From Gemmatimonadales bacterium (lineage in GTDB: Bacteria > Gemmatimonadota > Gemmatimonadetes > Gemmatimonadales > GWC2-71-9), in assembly GCA_041613315.1 (NCBI GenBank), contig JBFJHJ010000036.1, positions 1-30,494 on the forward strand: a stretch of 30,494 nt of DNA, written 5' to 3'. Below are positions 25,606 to 30,494 of this stretch, piece by piece. The position numbers and the translations under genes are program-made. The notes under the pieces were generated by a model. That model was not told the origin of the DNA and did no database searches. It saw only the letters and a list, made by a program, of their open reading frames with translations. Within the stretch, counting starts at the first letter, position 1. Every line of letters starts with the position of its first letter.

Positions 25606-27972
25606 TCACTCCGCCACGCCGTTCTCCTTCAAGATCGTCCAGACTTTCTCCGGTGTGATCGGAATGTCGATGTGCGTGACGCCCAGGTGCGCCAGCGCGT
25701 CCACCACCGCGTTCACGATCGCGGGTGGGGCGCCGACCGTGGCGGACTCCCCGACCCCCTTCGCGCCCAGTGGATGGTGCGGCGACGGTGTGACCGTCTT
25801 GTCGGTCTCCCACTTGGGCGTCTCCACCGCCGTGGGCACTAGGTAGTCCATGAAGCTGCCACCCTGGATGTTGCCGTTCTCGTCGTAGCTGATCTCCTCG
25901 AACAGCGCGGGCGCCAGACCCATCGTGAGCCCGCCGTGGATCTGGCCGTCCACGATCATCGGGTTGATGATGTTGCCGCAGTCGTCCACCGCCACGAACC
26001 GCCGCACCTTCACCGCGCCGGTGCCGCGATCGATATCCACCACGCAGATGTAGCTCCCGAACGGGAAGGTCAGGTTCGGCGGGTCGTAGTAGTGCACCGC
26101 CTCGAGCCCCGCCTCCATCCCCTGCGGGTGGTTGGTGTACGCGGCGAACGCGATCTCCTGGATCGTCTTCGCCTTCTGGGGCGCGCCCTTCACGAAGAAC
26201 TTGCCGGGCTCCCACTCGAGGTCGCGCTCGCTGACTTCCAGGAGGTGCGCCGCGATCTTCTTGGCCTTCTCCCGGATCTTGCGCGCCGCCATGGCGCCCG
26301 CCGCACCCGCCGTCGGCGTGGAGCGGCTGGCGTAGGTTCCGAGGCCGTACGGTGCCGTGTCGGTGTCCCCCTCTTCCACCTGCACGTGCTCGGCCGGGAT
26401 TCCCAGCTCTTCCGCCACGATCTGGGCGTACGTCGTCTCGTGGCCCTGTCCTTGGGACTTGGTGCCGAATCGGGCGATCGCCTTGCCCGTGGGATGGATG
26501 CGGATCTCGGCGGAGTCGAACATCTTGATCCCCAGGATGTCGAACTGCTTCGACGGCCCCGCGCCGACGATCTCCGTGAAGCTCGAGATCCCGATGCCCA
26601 TCAGCTCGCCCCGCTTGCGCTTCTCCGCCTGCTCCCGGCGCAGCGCGGCGTAGCCGATCTTGTCCATCGCCTTCTTGAGCGCCGCGGGGTAATTGCCGCT
26701 GTCGTACTCCCACCCCAGCGCCGACTGGTACGGGAACCGATCCGGCGGGATGAAGTTCTTCATGCGCAGCTCCGCCGGATCCATCTTCAGCCGTTGCGCC
26801 AGGACGTCCGTGATCCGCTCGATGGCGTGCACCGCCTCCGTCACCCGGAACGAGCACCGGTACGCGATCCCGCCGGGCGGCTTGTTGGTGTACGCGGCGT
26901 CCACCTCGACGAACGCCTGCTTGATGTCGTACGACCCGGTGCAGATCGAGAACAAGCCCGCCGGGAACTTGGACGGATTGGCAGCGGCGTCCGTGTAGCC
27001 GTGGTCGGCCAGCGTCTTGATGCGGAGCGCCGTGATCGTCCCGTCCTTCGTGGCACCGAGCTCCGCCGTGATGTGATAGTCGCGCGCGAACGAGTCCGCC
27101 TGGAGGTTCTCCATCCGGTCCTCGATCCACTTGACGGGCTTGCCGAGGAGGACCGACGCCGCCACGGCGATCACGTAGCCGGGATACACCGGGACCTTGC
27201 CGCCGAACCCGCCGCCGATGTCCGGCGAGACGATCCGGATCTTCTCCTCCGACAACCCGACGTGGCCGGCCACGAGCGCGAACACCGTGCGGATGGCGTG
27301 CGGCGCCTGCGTCGTCATGTACACCGTGAGCTTGCCGGTCGCCTTGTCGAAGTCCGCCACGCAGCCGCACGTCTCGATGGACGCCACGTGGATCCGCGGG
27401 ATGTAGAGGTCCTGCGTGACGACGACGTCGGCCGCGGCGAGCGCCTTGGCCGTTCCGTCCCGGTCGCCCGCCTCCCAGTGGAAGATGTGGTTGTCTTTCT
27501 TGTCCTTCTTGTCCGTGCGGAGCACCGGAGCGCCCGGCTCCAGCGCCTTGAACGGATCGATCACGACAGGCAGCGGATCGTAGTCCACCTCCACCGCGTC
27601 CACCCCGTCGGCCGCCGCGTAGCGGCTCGTGGCGATGACCGCCGCCACCTCCTGCGCCTGGTACATGACGGTGTCGGTGGGCAGCACCATCTGCTGATCC
27701 GACATCAGCGTCGGCATCCAGTGGAGGTTGTACTTCGCCAGATCCGCGCCGGTGATCACGGCGAGGACGCCGGGGACCTTGAGCGCCTTGTCCGTCGTGA
27801 TCGCCGTGATCTTGGCGTGGGCGAAGGGGCTCCGCACGATATCCAGGTACAGCATGCCGGGCAGTTCGACGTCGTCCACGTAGCGGCCGCGCCCACGGAT
27901 GAACCGGGGATCCTCTTTCCGCTTCATCGCGTGCCCCATGCCCCCGACTTCTGCGGTGGTACGCGGTGCCAT
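25606..27972 (-). CDS. coxL: Aerobic carbon monoxide dehydrogenase large subunit, form I (Mo-Cu)
   Basis: AYRCSFR active-site motif (26845-26865), RKEDPRFIRG, IGGGFGGK, QGQGHET, YGLGTYASRS, GAKGVGES; strong [11 protein letters not shown]. Confidence 0.97.
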   Translation of the reverse strand: MAPRTTAEVGGMGHAMKRKEDPRFIRGRGRYVDDVELPGMLYLDIVRSPFAHAKITAITTDKALKVPGVLAVITGADLAKYNLHWMPTLMSDQQMVLPTDTVMYQAQEVAAVIATSRYAAADGVDAVEVDYDPLPVVIDPFKALEPGAPVLRTDKKDKKDNHIFHWEAGDRDGTAKALAAADVVVTQDLYIPRIHVASIETCGCVADFDKATGKLTVYMTTQAPHAIRTVFALVAGHVGLSEEKIRIVSPDIGGGFGGKVPVYPGYVIAVAASVLLGKPVKWIEDRMENLQADSFARDYHITAELGATKDGTITALRIKTLADHGYTDAAANPSKFPAGLFSICTGSYDIKQAFVEVDAAYTNKPPGGIAYRCSFRVTEAVHAIERITDVLAQRLKMDPAELRMKNFIPPDRFPYQSALGWEYDSGNYPAALKKAMDKIGYAALRREQAEKRKRGELMGIGISSFTEIVGAGPSKQFDILGIKMFDSAEIRIHPTGKAIARFGTKSQGQGHETTYAQIVAEELGIPAEHVQVEEGDTDTAPYGLGTYASRSTPTAGAAGAMAARKIREKAKKIAAHLLEVSERDLEWEPGKFFVKGAPQKAKTIQEIAFAAYTNHPQGMEAGLEAVHYYDPPNLTFPFGSYICVVDIDRGTGAVKVRRFVAVDDCGNIINPMIVDGQIHGGLTMGLAPALFEEISYDENGNIQGGSFMDYLVPTAVETPKWETDKTVTPSPHHPLGAKGVGESATVGAPPAIVNAVVDALAHLGVTHIDIPITPEKVWTILKENGVAE

Positions 27973-27988
27973 GACTCTCTCCTCCTCC

Positions 27989-28459
27989 CTAACGCAGCTT
28001 CGCAGCCGCGTATTGGATGGACTTCACGATGTTCACGTAGCCGGTGCAGCGACACAGGTTCCCTGAAATCGCGTGCCGGATCTCGTCCTCAGTGGGTGTC
28101 GGGTTCCGCTTGAGGAGCGCATACCCCGTCATCATCATCCCGGGAGTGCAGTACCCGCACTGGAGCCCGTGTTCCTCCCAGAACCCCTCCTGGATCGGAT
28201 GCAGCTGGCCGTCCTGCTCCAGGCCCTCCACCGTGGTGATCTCGGCGCCGTCCGCCTGCACCGCCAGCACCGTGCACGATTTCACCGGCTCGCCGTCCAG
28301 GAGCACCGTGCACGCGCCGCAGTGGGTCGTGTCGCAGCCGATATGTGTTCCGGTCAACCGGAGCACGTCGCGGAGCAGATGCACCAGCAGCAGCCGGGAC
28401 TCGACCTCGGCCTCGTGGGGCGTGCCGTTCACCGTCACGCGCATCGCATGCGTCGCCAT
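27989..28459 (-). CDS. coxS: CO dehydrogenase small [2Fe-2S] subunit (alternative GTG start at 28465)
   Basis: [12 protein letters not shown]...SC and QCGYCTPG...GNLCRCTGY; located between coxM and coxL. Confidence 0.95.
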   Translation of the reverse strand: MATHAMRVTVNGTPHEAEVESRLLLVHLLRDVLRLTGTHIGCDTTHCGACTVLLDGEPVKSCTVLAVQADGAEITTVEGLEQDGQLHPIQEGFWEEHGLQCGYCTPGMMMTGYALLKRNPTPTEDEIRHAISGNLCRCTGYVNIVKSIQYAAAKLR

Positions 28460-28461
28460 GG

Positions 28462-29334
28462 TCACTTCCCTCCCGCGCGCCGCACGGCGATCCGCAACGC
28501 GCGCGTCACCAGGACCCGAGCCATCTCGCGCTTGTACTCCACCGACCCCCGGCGGTCCGCCGAGGGTGACGTGGCCGCCGCGGCGAGACGCGCGGCTTCG
28601 GCGATGGCGCCGTCGTCCGGGGTCTTTCCCTGGAGCGACGCTTCCGCCTGCACCGCCTTGATGGGGGTCGGTCCCGCGTTGGTGAGCCCGATGCCCGCCC
28701 GCTCGATCTTGCCTTTCTTGTCGAGCGTCACCTGCACGGCGGCGCCGGCCGTCGCGAAGTCTCCCACCTTGCGCTCGAGCTTGAGATACGCCCCGCCGCT
28801 CGTGGGCGGCGGCACGGGAATCCGGACCTCGGTCAGGATCTCGTCGGCCGCGAGCGCGGTGGTGAAGAGCCCCCGGAAGAACTTGTCAACGGGAATCGTC
28901 CGCTCGCCCTTGCGTCCCCGCACCACGACCTCGGCCGCCAGCGCCAGCATCGTCGCCGGGTGGTCGTTGGCGGGGTCGCCGTGGGCCAGATTGCCGCCCA
29001 CGGTCGCCCGGTTGCGCACGAGCGGGTCGGCGATCACGAGCACCGTGTCGTGCAGGATCGGATACTTCGTCTTGATGAGCTCGGACCGCTCGAGCGCCGA
29101 TTCTCGCGTGTTGGCGCCGATCCGCAGGTATCCCTTCTCTTCCTTGATGTGGTCGAGCCCCGGCACGCCGTTGATATCCACCAGGTGCTCGACGTACCCC
29201 AGCCGGATCTTGAGAAGGGGGAGGAGGCTCTGCCCACCCGAGAGCACCTTGGCGCCGTCGCCCAAGCGGGACAGCAGCCCCATCGCCTCGTCGAGCGTGG
29301 CGGGTCGGTGATAGTCGAAACCGGCAGGAATCAT
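28462..29334 (-). CDS. coxM: CO dehydrogenase medium (FAD) subunit
   Basis: [65 protein letters not shown]. Confidence 0.95.
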   Translation of the reverse strand: MIPAGFDYHRPATLDEAMGLLSRLGDGAKVLSGGQSLLPLLKIRLGYVEHLVDINGVPGLDHIKEEKGYLRIGANTRESALERSELIKTKYPILHDTVLVIADPLVRNRATVGGNLAHGDPANDHPATMLALAAEVVVRGRKGERTIPVDKFFRGLFTTALAADEILTEVRIPVPPPTSGGAYLKLERKVGDFATAGAAVQVTLDKKGKIERAGIGLTNAGPTPIKAVQAEASLQGKTPDDGAIAEAARLAAAATSPSADRRGSVEYKREMARVLVTRALRIAVRRAGGK

Positions 29335-29361
29335 CGCGAGCTCCTTTCCGCCCGGCGGGCG

Positions 29362-29979
29362 TCAGGTCAGCCAGTAGATCACGAGCGCGAGCACGAGGGC
29401 GAGCGCCACCCAAAACCAGGGGCGCCGCACGATGCGCACGGCGGCCCGACCCGCCGCCTTGCTCCCGAGGGCCACCACATCCACCGCCGCGGGCTGCGGC
29501 GCCGGCGCCGCGCGCCCGCCCCCGCCGCCGCCCTCCAGCTCGGCCCGCATCGCCCCGGTGAACTGCTCGAACATCTGATCGCTCACGTCCTGAATCATCC
29601 CCCGGCCGAACTGCGCCATGATGCCGGTGACGTTCAGCTCGGCCACCACGGTCACGGCGGCGCCCCCCGGGGCGTTCGCCACGCGGCTGCGCATCCGCAT
29701 GTCCGCCCCGCCCTTCCCGCGGACGTCCTGGCCCGTGGCGACGATTACCGCCCGCTGTTGGCCGGCATCGAGCTCTTCGAAATGCACCTTGCCTTTGAAG
29801 CTGCTGGAGACCGGACCGACCTTCACGGCCATCGTGCCCGTGTACGTGCGGTCGTCCACGCGGCCCGTGATCGCCGCTCCCGGCAGGCACGTCGCGACGC
29901 GGTGCGGATCGGTGAGGAAGTCCCAGACCGCTCCGGGCGGGGCCTTCACCGTGAACCGCTTCTCGATTTCGAAACCCAT
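29362..29979 (-). CDS. coxG: CoxG (SRPBCC domain with C-terminal membrane anchor)
   Basis: VWDFLTDP..VATCLPGA, VKVGP, G.MAQFGRGMI.DVS, Gly/Pro linker, C-terminal RRPWFWVALALVLALVIYWLT; ATG 1 nt after the upstream stop. Confidence 0.88.
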   Translation of the reverse strand: MGFEIEKRFTVKAPPGAVWDFLTDPHRVATCLPGAAITGRVDDRTYTGTMAVKVGPVSSSFKGKVHFEELDAGQQRAVIVATGQDVRGKGGADMRMRSRVANAPGGAAVTVVAELNVTGIMAQFGRGMIQDVSDQMFEQFTGAMRAELEGGGGGGRAAPAPQPAAVDVVALGSKAAGRAAVRIVRRPWFWVALALVLALVIYWLT

Positions 29980-29980
29980 G

Positions 29981-30494
29981 TCAGCGTCCCACCCCGTCCA
30001 GCGCCCGCTCCAGCGACGCCAGGTCGTGCGCGGATCCGAAATGATCGATGAACGGCAGCGCGGCCTCCATGCCGCGCGCCGCCGGGCGATAGCGCGCATC
30101 GCCGAGCAGCGGGTTCAGCCAGACGATGGTGCGGGCCCGCGCACGCAGGTTCTGCATCGCGTGGCGCAGCAATTCGGGCTCGCCCAGGTCGAGACCGTCG
30201 CTCACGATCACGACGACCGTTCTCCGGTCCACCATATGCTGGTGTCCGGTCACGAACTCCGCCAGGCACGTCCCGATCCGCGTCCCGCCCGACCAGTCGG
30301 CGACACCCGCCGACAGCCGCCGGAGCGTCTCGGGGATCCTGGCGGGCGTGATCCACGGCGTGAGTCGGGTGAGGCTCGTGTTGAACGCGAAGATCTCGAC
30401 CCGCCGCAGCGTCCGCCGGAGGGCCAGAGCGAACGTCAGCAGCAACCGCGTGTGGGGATCCATGCTGCCGCTCGTGTCGCACAGGACGACGAGC
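29981..30494 (-). CDS. coxE: CoxE-like VWA-domain protein, C-terminal part (5' end beyond the window)
   Basis: MIDAS LVVLCDTSGSM, WSGGTRIG, VVIVSDGLD, IVWLNPL, ARGMEAALP; adjacent to coxG. Confidence 0.88.
   Translation of the reverse strand, partial: LVVLCDTSGSMDPHTRLLLTFALALRRTLRRVEIFAFNTSLTRLTPWITPARIPETLRRLSAGVADWSGGTRIGTCLAEFVTGHQHMVDRRTVVVIVSDGLDLGEPELLRHAMQNLRARARTIVWLNPLLGDARYRPAARGMEAALPFIDHFGSAHDLASLERALDGVGR

Noticed and set aside
1..30494. CRISPR arrays, tRNA/rRNA, IS elements, integrases, defence systems
   Set aside because: No regularly spaced repeats, cloverleafs, terminal inverted repeats or recombinase/transposase motifs seen; intergenic gaps are short (at most about 340 nt). 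This was manual inspection only.

Overview
High-GC bacterial chromosomal window, densely coding and mostly on the minus strand. The Csp N-terminus ([12 protein letters not shown]) and general gene content suggest Gemmatimonadota, but this is inference only. From right to left: (i) an aerobic Mo-Cu CO dehydrogenase cluster coxE(partial)-coxG-coxM-coxS-coxL, whose CoxL has the form I AYRCSFR motif, followed by a Cys-rich cupin and a TauE/SafE permease; (ii) a MacA/MacB-type exporter (adaptor, ATPase, two permeases); (iii) a tightly packed run of S9 peptidase, small Zn-ribbon protein, amidohydrolase, FetA/FetB-like ABC and stand-alone Smr protein; (iv) a csp-rpsU-infA-hypothetical cassette with a long multi-hairpin leader and a 17-bp intergenic hairpin; (v) an FKBP PPIase, a secreted PQQ dehydrogenase and a two-gene hypothetical operon; (vi) a Na+/solute symporter, a Tat small subunit plus FAD/Fe-S GMC dehydrogenase coupled to an atypical M28 hydrolase, and an S9 peptidase running off the left edge. 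I saw no rRNA, tRNA, CRISPR array, transposase or integrase. Many start codons were re-placed by eye relative to the ORF track, using RBS and stop/start overlaps. All functional calls come from motif recognition, not database searches.
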